Positions 28,339 through 38,061 of a stretch of DNA of 64,000 nt are shown piece by piece (the first letter of the stretch is position 1; the number at the start of each line of letters is the position of its first letter). Source of the stretch: an uncultured Gammaproteobacteria bacterium (GTDB taxonomy: Bacteria > Patescibacteriota > Microgenomatia > Levybacterales > GWA1-39-11); assembly GCA_964472415.1 (NCBI GenBank), contig CAYYLC010000001.1:3269-67268 (forward strand), in the 5' to 3' direction. The position numbers and the translations under genes were made by a program. The notes beneath the pieces were generated by a model, which saw nothing but the letters and a program-made list of their open reading frames with translations, had not been told where the DNA came from and searched no databases.

Positions 28339-28931
28339 GTTAACCTCTCCTCAGTAGGTTCGATAGGTTTTGAGTGAGATTGTATTTCCTGTCCGAGTGT
28401 GATCCGTCGAATGATACGAGTAATTATTCCAAAGGAGATAAGTTCTGCTCCAAAGAAATTGGCGATGAGTCCTATTCCGCTGAATATAAACCACGAAATT
28501 TCCGGTGAGATATGATAGAAAAAATCAAAGGAACTAATCCCAGCGATTTTTAATGGAACGGTTGGCGTGAAGACGCAGAATATGATGAAAAGTGGTATGA
28601 ACCACAATGCATTATGTTTTCGCGTTAGGCTGATGAATTCATGGCGCCAGGTAAATTTTCTATTTGCGACAAAATTGAATAATGCCGACAAAAGAACAGA
28701 TATACTGATTGCGACAAATACTTCTACTTCGATAGAGAGAAGAAGTATGAATAGTGTGCCTTGCAGAATGTTCGTTACTCCGCCAATTGGAATGAAATCC
28801 GATAGTTTGAGTGTAAGATTCGGCCATCTTCTCCAGATTTTTTCCTGGAGAAGAATAATGAATTGAGCTATTCTCCTACCAGGTGTAGGGAGAAATAAGG
28901 TAAGGATTCTTGTTGTTAAATTGCTTGGCAA
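28335..28931 (-). CDS. GtrA-like polysaccharide-synthesis membrane protein (start uncertain, probably downstream non-ATG)
   Basis: Four TM helices and the GtrA signature FVANRKFTW. Confidence 0.45.
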   Translation of the reverse strand: MPSNLTTRILTLFLPTPGRRIAQFIILLQEKIWRRWPNLTLKLSDFIPIGGVTNILQGTLFILLLSIEVEVFVAISISVLLSALFNFVANRKFTWRHEFISLTRKHNALWFIPLFIIFCVFTPTVPLKIAGISSFDFFYHISPEISWFIFSGIGLIANFFGAELISFGIITRIIRRITLGQEIQSHSKPIEPTEERLT

Positions 28932-29134
28932 TGTCCTTTTCCTTAGTTGTGTGGTTGTTAAAGAGCTGTTTAGATTGGTGGATAGCCTGGAGTTGTAGAT
29001 TATTGCAGCTAGTGCTAGTCTACGCTAAACCTAGAGCTATTCTCCAATGGCACAATTTTAGGTTAGGATATGTGGTAAGTCAACAGAGTTGTATAGCATG
29101 AGTAGGTGGGAGGGCATAAAGCCCTCCCTGTTGA

Positions 29135-30274
29135 TTAAAAAATTACCTTGAGGAGGCTGATGATTCCTTGTTTCCAAGGAACACGGTGACTTACACCGGA
29201 TTGAGCTGAGAGCCTGTTTCGGCTCTTCAGATACCAGTGGTAGTTTCGAAGGAGCGCGTCTTGATTTGAAAATTGAGGATTGAATCCTAGACTTTTCTCT
29301 GCCTTCTCAATCGAGACAAAGCTGTCTTTGCCGGCTGTCTCATATACCCATTTATAAATGGGTGAGATTTTAAGTTTTTCCAATACGCGAAGCGCCCAGA
29401 TTCCTGGCATTTCAGGAAATGAGACCATTCGCTTTCCAAATCCAGCTTCGTCAAGCACTACTTGGTAATCCTTTCTCATGGTGGTGTAGTTTTTTGCACC
29501 AATATTAAATGTGTCGTTAACTGTTTCTATGGAAAGAGTCATTGTCAGGTGGATTGCTTGACAAAGATCTTCGACATCCAGAAGCTGATAACGATTCTTG
29601 CCATTTCCCAACATTGGGAAATGATGTCCAGTGTTTGCCCAATCATATAGCAGGGCAAAAATCCCTAACCGTTCGGGCCCAATGAATGACTTGGGGCGAA
29701 TGATAGACACGCACATGCCGTTTCTTCGATAATCTTCACAGATTTTTTCTGCTTTGATTTTTGCTTTGCCATACGGGCCGACACCAATAAGTTGATCAGT
29801 TTCAATGAGTGGATGGTGGTCAGGGATTCCGTAGACTGCGGTCGACGAGATGTGAATTACTCGCTCGACGTTGTTGAGATGAGCTGCTGCTAAGACATTC
29901 TGAGTTCCTTGAACATCGGTAGTATAGATGTCTCGTTTGGAATAGAGTGGCAAGGCAGCGGCTGCATGGATGACTATATCGACTCCTTCCATAGCTTCAT
30001 TGAGTAGTTTTTGATTGCGGATGTCTCCACGAATTATCTTTATTTGCTTTGACTCAGGGTAGCTGAATGGTTCTTTATCGAAAGAACAGACGGCATATCC
30101 TCGCTTCAGAAGATAGCGTGTGAGGTTAATTCCAAGAAATCCTGCACCTCCTGTGATGAGTACCGCCTGAGTTTGTTGCGGTATATTGTTATCCTGTTGA
30201 GGTTGTGCTTCACGTTCTATAGTGAGAGATGGCGCAGCCTTCTGAGGCTTGAGCTTGATGGTTGGTGTTGTCAC
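29135..30274 (-). CDS. extended-SDR NAD-dependent epimerase/dehydratase (nucleotide- or lipid-linked sugar epimerase)
   Basis: Rossmann motif ITGGAGFLG, catalytic YGKAK (YxxxK), and a roughly 35-aa low-complexity N-terminal extension. Confidence 0.75.
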   Translation of the reverse strand: MTTPTIKLKPQKAAPSLTIEREAQPQQDNNIPQQTQAVLITGGAGFLGINLTRYLLKRGYAVCSFDKEPFSYPESKQIKIIRGDIRNQKLLNEAMEGVDIVIHAAAALPLYSKRDIYTTDVQGTQNVLAAAHLNNVERVIHISSTAVYGIPDHHPLIETDQLIGVGPYGKAKIKAEKICEDYRRNGMCVSIIRPKSFIGPERLGIFALLYDWANTGHHFPMLGNGKNRYQLLDVEDLCQAIHLTMTLSIETVNDTFNIGAKNYTTMRKDYQVVLDEAGFGKRMVSFPEMPGIWALRVLEKLKISPIYKWVYETAGKDSFVSIEKAEKSLGFNPQFSNQDALLRNYHWYLKSRNRLSAQSGVSHRVPWKQGIISLLKVIF

Positions 30275-30401
30275 TTCCGATCTCCTCTATGGTAATGTGC
30301 GCTTGCCCATACTGCGTGCCTAATTGTTTGCTGGAACAATAGGTTCATAGTTTGGCAATTCGTGAGTATATCAAAGCACTCTTAAGATGGCAAAAAAAGT
30401 T

Positions 30402-31622
30402 TTATGGTAATTTCGGAAATAATGGGATATGGAAGTTAGTGTTTGGAGAAGTTTTTCTATCAATACTGAGAAGAGTTGTTGCAAAATTAATCTGTTTTTT
30501 ATCATAGAGTGCGTAGATGCGCCTTGCTTTATTTTTTTGGATTGGGCTTTCAGGGAAAAGTAAGCCTTGATAAGAATTATCTTCAGAAAAATCAGAAATA
30601 GTGACACCTGTTGCGCGATAAAGTGTGTTGGAATGATATATCTTTTTAAATCCCGCACGGAGCTCTTTGCGAATAAGGATGGGGAAAGATGTTTTCTGGG
30701 GAATTTTTAGTTCAATTTCATGGTAGGTAAATTTCTGCGTTTTTAAATAGAGGAAAATTTTCCCTACAGAATAATTAAATTTTCTTGCCTTCAGAAATGA
30801 GCTTTCAACATGCGTAAGGATTCGCGCCCAGAGAATACTTTTATTAGTGATTGCAGGAGTAATTGTTTGAGATTTGGTAATAGACTTATAATTTGCTTTA
30901 GGTTGAGGGTCTACGGAGAAAAGTAATATGCCGTTTAATTCTTGCCAGATTTCATAAAATGGTTTTGGGAATGCTGACTTAATAAATCCTTCCGGGCGAA
31001 TGGTGAAGTCGTACGCAGTTTTTATGTTGAGTGCGCGAAGCTTTGGAGCGCTTCGGTAGCCGATTCCCCAAACTTTCTCAATACCAGTTTGCTTGAGAAG
31101 ATCTTTTGCTTGGTCTTTTGGAGCGATAGTAAGTCCAGATGGCTTATTAAGGTTTGCTGCAATTTTTGCAAGAGATTTTGTAATAGAGATGCCTATCGAG
31201 ACAGTGATGCCAAGCGAATTCTCAATCTCATTTTTCAGAGCTTTTCCGATTTGTTCATAAGACATATTAAATGGTTTTTCAAGTCCGCGTAGATCCATAA
31301 ATCCTTCATCTATAGAATATATCTCTACGCTTGGTGAATATTTTTTCATGACAGAAAACATGTTGTCTGAGAATAAATGGTACAGTCTGTAGTCAGAGGC
31401 TGTAATAATTACCTGAGGGAATTGTTTTTTAATCTCCCAGCAAGGCATGCCACGAATGACTCCCAGTTTTTTTGCTTCATATGATACAGCTGTTGCGATT
31501 CCTCGCTCAAGACCGGAGACGATTGGTTTCCCCTGGAGCTCTGGTCGGATTGCCTGAGTTACTGATGCAAAAAATGCATCAGCATCCAAGTGTAATATTG
31601 CGTTAGGCCATGAAGTGGACAT
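30402..31622 (-). CDS. dinB: DNA polymerase IV (Y-family translesion polymerase)
   Basis: N-terminal HLDADAFFASV and SIDEGFMDL catalytic motifs, with palm, fingers and little-finger organisation. Confidence 0.85.
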   Translation of the reverse strand: MSTSWPNAILHLDADAFFASVTQAIRPELQGKPIVSGLERGIATAVSYEAKKLGVIRGMPCWEIKKQFPQVIITASDYRLYHLFSDNMFSVMKKYSPSVEIYSIDEGFMDLRGLEKPFNMSYEQIGKALKNEIENSLGITVSIGISITKSLAKIAANLNKPSGLTIAPKDQAKDLLKQTGIEKVWGIGYRSAPKLRALNIKTAYDFTIRPEGFIKSAFPKPFYEIWQELNGILLFSVDPQPKANYKSITKSQTITPAITNKSILWARILTHVESSFLKARKFNYSVGKIFLYLKTQKFTYHEIELKIPQKTSFPILIRKELRAGFKKIYHSNTLYRATGVTISDFSEDNSYQGLLFPESPIQKNKARRIYALYDKKQINFATTLLSIDRKTSPNTNFHIPLFPKLP

Positions 31623-31682
31623 AATACATTCTGAAGAACTGTTTAAATAATTGTAAAATTTTTTTAGATTGGGATTTCATAA

Positions 31683-32243
31683 TTAGTACTTTCGCATGAC
31701 ACTTTTTACAATGCCAAATACTCTAAGCTCCGTAACGGGAATAAATTCAGGATAATTTGGATTTGCAGCTCTGAGAATGCTGATGCCATTCTTCTTATCG
31801 AGGAGTTTGAGAGTCCATTCATTATCAATAAGTGCCAGCACAATATCTCCAGAGCGGGCGTTGGTCGTTTTTTCTATTACTATGAGATCTCCTTCAAAAA
31901 TCCCCACACCCTCCATAGAATCTCCAGATACTTTTAGGAGAAACGAGCTTGTGGGTTTGTCTATGAGATACTCATCAAGAGAGAGGAAATTTAATTCCTC
32001 TTCAGCACCAGTTGGAAATCCTGCTTTAATATTTCCGAGAATCGGTACCTGAAAGAAAAAATTCGTGGGAGAGAGTTTATTGTTTACTTTCTGGAGATAG
32101 TTTTCTTCAATCAAGCCTTTAATAATTTTATGAATCGCGTTTTTAGAAGAGAGTTCAAAAAGTACAAGCATTTCAGAATATGAGGGTATGCGTTTATTTT
32201 TTTTATAAAATTGTCTAATTTGTTCGAGATATTTCGTATTCAT
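31683..32243 (-). CDS. lexA: LexA repressor (S24 peptidase)
   Basis: N-terminal wHTH and a C-terminal S24 domain with Ser (GDSM) and Lys. It lies upstream of dinB on the same strand, as in an SOS operon. Confidence 0.8.
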   Translation of the reverse strand: MNTKYLEQIRQFYKKNKRIPSYSEMLVLFELSSKNAIHKIIKGLIEENYLQKVNNKLSPTNFFFQVPILGNIKAGFPTGAEEELNFLSLDEYLIDKPTSSFLLKVSGDSMEGVGIFEGDLIVIEKTTNARSGDIVLALIDNEWTLKLLDKKNGISILRAANPNYPEFIPVTELRVFGIVKSVMRKY

Positions 32244-32263
32244 AATTTTCCGATAGGAATAAT

Positions 32264-32292
32264 ACTATAGTGAACGATTGTTCACCTGTCAA
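32264..32292 (-). promoter_or_regulatory. lexA promoter (TTGACA-17-TATAGT on the minus strand) with the LexA operator GTGAACgattGTTCAC (32270-32285) filling the spacer
   Basis: Minus-strand read: TTGACAgGTGAACaatcGTTCACTATAGT. A perfect GAAC-N4-GTTC (Cheo-box-like) palindrome lies 27 nt upstream of the lexA ATG. Confidence 0.6.
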
Positions 32293-32311
32293 TATGACAA
32301 AGTAGTGCAAT

Positions 32312-33286
32312 TTATTGACTGGAAAAATATTCGTAGACTTTCTCAGAAATTTTTGCCTCAATTTCTGCGGCAGTTGTTTGGTTGTTTGTTTGAGAGAGTA
32401 GTACTAATACATAGTCTCCATACGGTGAATAGATAATTCCTGCATCATGTTTTATCGTTCCCAATTCTCCAGTTTTATGTGCGATCTCTATATTTTTAGG
32501 AAGGTATTTCGGAATCCTGTCATTAAGCTGCTGACGCTTTAGGATCATAAGCATTTCTCTCGAAGCGTTTTTGCTAACAATTTCACCTTTATATAGGAGT
32601 TCATAATATTTAAGGACGTCATTTGCTGTACTGGTGACAGAGTCAATTGATGAGTTATCTAAACTGTATTTACTTAAAAATTCTCCAACCTTATTCCAGC
32701 CAATCGTAAGATAGAGAATATGTGCAGAATAGTTATCAGATACAGTTATCATGCGATCGAGTGCGCCTTCTACTGTATTGCCTATGAATCCTTCGGTAAT
32801 TTCTGCTGATTCTGTTGCGATACCTAATCGTTTATTGATAATATCTGCTTCAAATCCTATATTCTGTTGTAGAGTGAGATTTCCTTTTTCGATTTCTTCA
32901 AATATCGCTCCCATGACCCAGAGCTTGTAAAGGCTCGCGGTTTCAAAAATTTCATGCTCATTATAAAAATAGGACTCATTAGTCTTTAGATTTTTTATTG
33001 AGATGGCATATTTTCCCTCAGCATTCTGAAGCTCTTCTTGAATGATTTCTTCCAGTTCTGATGATTCAGATCCACTCTCGACAGTCTCTTCGATCAGATC
33101 GCCAAGTGGTTTCAGAATGGTATTTGATTCTGAACGGTTAAAAAATAGAGACACAGGGAAGCTGATGAGTAGCAAGAGAAAAAAAAGTTTTATGAGAATA
33201 TGCGCTTGAGAGCGGAAAAGTTTTTGGTAGAAAAATACGAGGAAAAAGACTCCTAAGATAAGAAGTAAAAGATATAAAAATTCCAT
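32312..33286 (-). CDS. class A beta-lactamase-like serine hydrolase (membrane-anchored)
   Basis: N-terminal TM helix, S-x-x-K motif (ASLYK), SDN (VSDNYS), and KTG (HKTGE). Confidence 0.65.
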   Translation of the reverse strand: MEFLYLLLLILGVFFLVFFYQKLFRSQAHILIKLFFLLLLISFPVSLFFNRSESNTILKPLGDLIEETVESGSESSELEEIIQEELQNAEGKYAISIKNLKTNESYFYNEHEIFETASLYKLWVMGAIFEEIEKGNLTLQQNIGFEADIINKRLGIATESAEITEGFIGNTVEGALDRMITVSDNYSAHILYLTIGWNKVGEFLSKYSLDNSSIDSVTSTANDVLKYYELLYKGEIVSKNASREMLMILKRQQLNDRIPKYLPKNIEIAHKTGELGTIKHDAGIIYSPYGDYVLVLLSQTNNQTTAAEIEAKISEKVYEYFSSQ

Positions 33287-33523
33287 GTGGATTTTAGTAT
33301 AGCAGGGAAGGTTTATATATATAGGTAGGGATTCACCATGCTTGTTATAAGACGCACTCAGGATATATTAATGTACAGAAGATACTTCTCTTGAAATTTG
33401 CTTAGATTTCACTCAACCTATTTTCTATAGGTTATGAAAACTTGAAAAATATTATGGTAAGTATACTATTATAGGTCAATATTGAATATATTTTCTCCTT
33501 CTCAATTTACCTTCATTTACCTC

Positions 33524-33552
33524 TTGACGAAGTGAAAAAGATATTGTATTAT
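33524..33552 (+). promoter_or_regulatory. candidate tuf promoter (TTGACG-17-TATTAT)
   Basis: Read directly: cTTGACGaagtgaaaaagatattgTATTATtc. Confidence 0.3.
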
Positions 33553-33598
33553 TCTTCATACACCTAAAACAAATCGGGTGTTTTATTTTTGAAAAAAT

Positions 33599-34786
33599 AT
33601 GGCAACAGCAAAATTTGATAGATCAAAACCACACGTAAATATCGGGACCATTGGTCACGTCGACCATGGTAAGACGACAACAACTGCTGCAATAACTAGT
33701 GTTCTTGCAAAGAAAGGTTTTGCAGAGGCAAAGAAGTACGAAGATATTGATAATGCTCCTGAAGAAAAAGAACGAGGAGTTACTATTAACATTTCCCACC
33801 AGGAATACGAGACTGATAAAAGACACTATGCGCACATTGATGCTCCTGGGCACGCTGACTATATCAAAAACATGATTACTGGTGCAGCCCAGATGGACGG
33901 TGCGATCCTTGTAGTATCAGCTCCAGATGGACCTATGCCTCAGACTCGAGAACACATTCTTCTTGCACGACAAGTTGGAGTACCAAGAATTATAGTATTC
34001 CTAAATAAAACAGACATGGTTGATGACCCAGAACTTATTGAGCTCGTTGAGATGGAGATCCGAGAACTTCTTACAAAATATCAATATCCAGGAGATGATA
34101 CTCCGATTATCAGAGGATCAGCTTTGAAAGCGCTTGAGGGTGACGCAGATGCTGAAAAAGCAATTATGGATCTTATGGATAAGGTTGATGAGTATATTCC
34201 TACCCCAGAGCGGCCAGTCGACAAACCTCTTCTTATGCCTGTAGAAGATGTTTTCTCGATCAAAGGACGAGGAACTGTGGTAACGGGAAGAATTGAACGA
34301 GGAATGGTTAAAGTAAATGAAGAAGTAGAAATTGTTGGGATTACACCAAAATCAACAAAGACAATTGTTACTGGAATCGAGATGTTTCGAAAGCAGCTTG
34401 ATGAGGGACAAGCAGGAGATAACGCTGGATTACTACTTAGAGGAGTAGAAAAAGATGATGTAGAGCGTGGACAGGTTATAGCAAAGCCAGGATCCATTAC
34501 TCCTCATACTGATTTTGAAGCTGAAGTGTATATTTTGACAAAAGAAGAGGGTGGACGACATACACCATTTTTCTCAGGATATCGACCACAATTCTATGTA
34601 CGAACTACTGATGTAACTGGAGAGATTAAACTTCAAGAAGGTGTTGAGATGGTTATGCCTGGAGATAACGCAAAAATGAATGTTTCACTGATCGTTCCTG
34701 TTGCTATGGAAGAGGGAATGAGATTCGCTATTCGAGAAGGCGGAAGGACAGTAGGAGCTGGAGTTGTCACGAAAATAACAAAATAA
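33599..34786 (+). CDS. tuf: elongation factor Tu
   Basis: 395 aa with [21 protein letters not shown]. Near-canonical EF-Tu. Confidence 0.97.
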   Translation: MATAKFDRSKPHVNIGTIGHVDHGKTTTTAAITSVLAKKGFAEAKKYEDIDNAPEEKERGVTINISHQEYETDKRHYAHIDAPGHADYIKNMITGAAQMDGAILVVSAPDGPMPQTREHILLARQVGVPRIIVFLNKTDMVDDPELIELVEMEIRELLTKYQYPGDDTPIIRGSALKALEGDADAEKAIMDLMDKVDEYIPTPERPVDKPLLMPVEDVFSIKGRGTVVTGRIERGMVKVNEEVEIVGITPKSTKTIVTGIEMFRKQLDEGQAGDNAGLLLRGVEKDDVERGQVIAKPGSITPHTDFEAEVYILTKEEGGRHTPFFSGYRPQFYVRTTDVTGEIKLQEGVEMVMPGDNAKMNVSLIVPVAMEEGMRFAIREGGRTVGAGVVTKITK

Positions 34787-34839
34787 CGAGCAGGTTATTT
34801 GCACTTTGTACAATTTATTTAAAGGAATAGGATGTATGG

Positions 34840-34866
34840 CCTGCTTATCAATGAGCAGGTTTTTTT
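34840..34866 (+). terminator. intrinsic terminator after tuf (CCTGCTtatcaatgAGCAGG plus T7), directly followed by TGtTATAAT (34866-34874)
   Basis: Stem, loop and T-run read directly. The -10-like box overlaps the T-run. The rpsJ ATG is at 34890. Confidence 0.5.
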
Positions 34867-34889
34867 GTTATAATTAGAAAGAAAACAAT

Positions 34890-35198
34890 ATGTCAAAAGG
34901 AAGAATTCGCGTAAAATTAAAGAGTTATGATTCTCGGATCATAGATAATACATGTCAACAAATCATTGACACCGCGCTTCGTACTGGTGCAAAGGTAATT
35001 GGTCCAGTACCGCTCCCCACAAATAGATCATTGTTTACAGTAAATAAATCTCCGTTTGTTGATAAAGATGCGCGGGATCATTTTGAACTCAAAACGCATA
35101 AACGGCTTATTGATATAGAATCACCTACTGAATCAACTATTGAAAATCTTATTCATCTTGATCTTCCAACCGGAGTGAACGTAGAGATTAAGATGTAG
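34890..35198 (+). CDS. rpsJ: 30S ribosomal protein S10
   Basis: [14 protein letters not shown]... Confidence 0.95.
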   Translation: MSKGRIRVKLKSYDSRIIDNTCQQIIDTALRTGAKVIGPVPLPTNRSLFTVNKSPFVDKDARDHFELKTHKRLIDIESPTESTIENLIHLDLPTGVNVEIKM

Positions 35199-35411
35199 AG
35201 ATCGCTCTCCTTTCGTAAATTATTCTCTGATTTCACGTAGTTGCTTTTTTTCACTAGATCCTCTAAAAATTTACCCTATTTTAATCCTCAGAACGTCTTG
35301 TATTTGAAGCTCAGGCACGATATAATAATGTTCGGTGATTATGACCTATACTTTGGAGGTGAATATTGCTGCATAAGCGTTAAGTAAAAGCTTTTTTGAG
35401 CTTTTTGCTGA

Positions 35412-35438
35412 AACGACTGTATAGCAGTCGTTTTTTTT
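35412..35438 (+). terminator. intrinsic terminator/attenuator hairpin inside the S10 operon (AACGACTGtatagCAGTCGTT plus T8), fused to TGtTATAAG 35438-35446
   Basis: 8-bp perfect stem, 5-nt loop and a T8 run. The rplC ATG at 35454 follows 8 nt after the -10-like box. Confidence 0.5.
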
Positions 35439-35453
35439 GTTATAAGGGATATT

Positions 35454-36278
35454 ATGAATATACCAACAGTAATCGGACAAAAGATTGAACAAACACAAGC
35501 GTTTTTAGAAAACGGAACACGGGTTCCGTTGACTCATGTGTATGTAGGAGAAAATTCTGTGAGTCAGATAAAGACTGTGGAGAAAGACGGATATTCAGCA
35601 GTTCAAGTAGCATTCGGAGAAAGAAATAAGATTGCAAAACCACTCGCTGGTCATCTCAAAAAAGCGGGGCTAAAAAAATCACCTCGCTTTTTGCGTGAAA
35701 TACGAGTTGGTGAAGTAGAAGGCATAGGAATAGGGGCAGCAATTTTACCAGAAGAAGTTTTGAAGCCAGGGGATAAGATCGATGTAGTAGGAATTTCAAA
35801 AGGAAAAGGATTTGCTGGAGGAGTTAAGCGGTGGGGATTTCGAGGAGGGCCAAAAACTCACGGACAATCAGACCGTCACAGAGCTCCTGGTTCTATTGGA
35901 CAAGGGACTACGCCAGGGAGAGTTTATAAAGGAAAGAAGATGGCAGGTCGCATGGGGAATGAGCAGGTTACTATCAAAAACCTTGAGGTTATCGATATAA
36001 AAGATGGAGAGGTTATTATAAAAGGGCTTGTTCCTGGACCAAAAGGTGGCGTAATTGTAATCACAAAAATTGGGGAGAATAAAAACTTTAAGCCATTATT
36101 TACAGTTGTCGAAGAGACAGTTGAAGTGTCATCTGAGGAAGTAGCGGAAGTGCCAATAGAAACATCTATTGAAACAAATCAGGCAGCTAAGGCATCAGTT
36201 GAAACAGAAAAAGCTGTTGCAGCAGATACGAAAGAAGTGATGCCAGATAATGCTGAAGGAATAAAAGAGGAGAAATAG
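35454..36278 (+). CDS. rplC: 50S ribosomal protein L3 (with ~70-aa acidic C-terminal extension)
   Basis: Conserved L3 core with an extended E/V/A-rich tail. Confidence 0.93.
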   Translation: MNIPTVIGQKIEQTQAFLENGTRVPLTHVYVGENSVSQIKTVEKDGYSAVQVAFGERNKIAKPLAGHLKKAGLKKSPRFLREIRVGEVEGIGIGAAILPEEVLKPGDKIDVVGISKGKGFAGGVKRWGFRGGPKTHGQSDRHRAPGSIGQGTTPGRVYKGKKMAGRMGNEQVTIKNLEVIDIKDGEVIIKGLVPGPKGGVIVITKIGENKNFKPLFTVVEETVEVSSEEVAEVPIETSIETNQAAKASVETEKAVAADTKEVMPDNAEGIKEEK

Positions 36279-36279
36279 T

Positions 36280-37014
36280 ATGGCAGAAAAAGTTATAAAA
36301 CCAACAAAAAAAGCGGAAAAAGTAGCGGCAAAGAAGACTGCAGAGGTGAGCGTGAAAGTATCAAAGAAAGACGCGAAAGTTTCTGTGCAGAGCTTTGATT
36401 TGACAGGAAAAAATATAGGGACGGTAAGTCTTCCAGAGGAGCTTTTTAATGGAAAAATAAATGCGCAACTTATGGCACAAGCTGTCCGAGTGTATCTTGC
36501 GAATCAGCGTCAGGGGACAGCAAGCACTAAAACGAGAAGTGAAGTGACGGGATCACGAAGAAAAGTATGGAGGCAAAAAGGAACAGGGCGTGCACGTCAT
36601 GGATCTATCACTGGCCCTATTTTTGTGGGTGGAGGAATCGTGCATGGACCAAAACCACGAAGTTATGATCTCAGGATGCCAAAGAAGATGAAGTATCAGG
36701 CACTTGTAAGTGCATTAACAGAAAAGGTACAGGCCAATAAAATTTTTGTGATTGATGGGGAGATGAGTGGGAAGACGAAAGAGTTTGCGCAAGCTCTGAA
36801 GGCGATTGTGGAAAGTCAGAATAAAAAGGCGCCGTCAGTACTTTTTGTAAGGGCAAAAGGTGATGAGAAGGCAAAGTTTGCGTCTAGGAATGTAGAACGA
36901 GTAGATGTGGTAACAGGTGCAACAGTAAATACGTATGGAGTGATAAAAAATAGCACGATTGTCCTTTCAAAACAGGCAATTGATGAGATGAAAGAGACAT
37001 TTATAAAAGTATAA
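36280..37014 (+). CDS. rplD: 50S ribosomal protein L4 (N-terminal lysine-rich extension)
   Basis: KGTGRARHGS motif. SD gaggag upstream. Confidence 0.93.
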   Translation: MAEKVIKPTKKAEKVAAKKTAEVSVKVSKKDAKVSVQSFDLTGKNIGTVSLPEELFNGKINAQLMAQAVRVYLANQRQGTASTKTRSEVTGSRRKVWRQKGTGRARHGSITGPIFVGGGIVHGPKPRSYDLRMPKKMKYQALVSALTEKVQANKIFVIDGEMSGKTKEFAQALKAIVESQNKKAPSVLFVRAKGDEKAKFASRNVERVDVVTGATVNTYGVIKNSTIVLSKQAIDEMKETFIKV

Positions 37015-37018
37015 AATT

Positions 37019-37318
37019 ATGAAACAAGCATACGAAATAATTAAAAAACCAGTGATCTCTGAGCAGTCTTTTAAGGAGGCAGAAATAGGCAGATACAGTT
37101 TTATCGTGGATATTGCATCTTCAAAGGATGAGATAAAAAAAGCAATTGAGACTACGTTTGGCGTTTCAGTTACAAAGGTTATGACAAATATTGTAAAAGG
37201 GAATAGAACTCGACTTACAAAAAAGAGAAAGATTGTTTCAAATGCAGCGTATAAAAAAGCACGTGTAACGCTGAAAAAAGGAGAAAAGCTTACTATATTT
37301 GATGAACATGTAGAATAA
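37019..37318 (+). CDS. rplW: 50S ribosomal protein L23
   Basis: Conserved L23 sequence and operon position. Confidence 0.93.
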   Translation: MKQAYEIIKKPVISEQSFKEAEIGRYSFIVDIASSKDEIKKAIETTFGVSVTKVMTNIVKGNRTRLTKKRKIVSNAAYKKARVTLKKGEKLTIFDEHVE

Positions 37319-37320
37319 AT

Positions 37321-38058
37321 ATGGGAAAACTAAGAACAATACTTAAAAAACATTCAGGGAGAGATACAAGTGGAAAAATCTCTGTTAGACATCAGGGTGG
37401 ACGCCATAAGAGGTTTTATCGAACTATAGATTTTCGACGGGATAAATATGGTGTTGAGGGGCAAGTTACAGGGATTGAATATGATCCAAATAGATCTGCA
37501 GAGATTGTGTTGATTCAGTATGCGGATGGGGATAAGCGATATATTTTGAGGCCTTTAGGGCTTAATATTGGAGATAAAGTCGTGTCTGGAGAGAAGTCGG
37601 ATATAAAACTTGGGAATGCACTTCCGCTCAAGCTTATCCCGATTGGGTCTGCAGTTCATAATATTGAGCTTACAAAAGGAAAAGGTGGTCAGATCGTGAG
37701 ATCTGCTGGAAATCAGGCATTTGTGGCTGCTCGAGAAGAGCGTTATGTGCATATAAAAATGCCATCAGGAGAGATGAGGCGCGTTTTTGGTGAAAATTAT
37801 GCTACAATTGGCCAACTTTCACTTATCGAGTGGAAAGACAGAGTATTGGGAAAAGCAGGTGCGGCACGGAGGATTGGGAGAAGGCCTACTGTTAGAGGGG
37901 TTGCACAGGATCCGGGATCTCATCCTCATGGAGGAGGAGAAGGAAGGACTGGAATTGGATTGAAGTACCCGAAAACGTATGCTGGTAAAAAAGCTGTTGG
38001 AAAAACACGAACGAAGAAAAAATATTCTGATAAGTTTATTATTAAAAGAAGGAAATAA
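37321..38058 (+). CDS. rplB: 50S ribosomal protein L2
   Basis: C-terminal HPHGGGEGR motif. Confidence 0.95.
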   Translation: MGKLRTILKKHSGRDTSGKISVRHQGGRHKRFYRTIDFRRDKYGVEGQVTGIEYDPNRSAEIVLIQYADGDKRYILRPLGLNIGDKVVSGEKSDIKLGNALPLKLIPIGSAVHNIELTKGKGGQIVRSAGNQAFVAAREERYVHIKMPSGEMRRVFGENYATIGQLSLIEWKDRVLGKAGAARRIGRRPTVRGVAQDPGSHPHGGGEGRTGIGLKYPKTYAGKKAVGKTRTKKKYSDKFIIKRRK

Positions 38059-38061
38059 ATT

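Noticed and set aside
29100-29124. Hairpin GGGAGGGCataaaGCCCTCCC in the 200-nt gap between the epimerase and GtrA-like genes
   Set aside because: It has no U-tract in the transcription direction of the flanking minus-strand genes. It may be an intercistronic stabilising structure and is not a supported terminator.
34081-34497. 138-aa minus-strand ORF inside tuf, and similar antisense ORFs inside ribosomal genes (e.g. 39524..39895, 40307..40702, 44080..44739)
   Set aside because: They are antisense to near-universally conserved genes and composed of Ser/Pro/Thr low-complexity sequence typical of reverse-strand artefacts.
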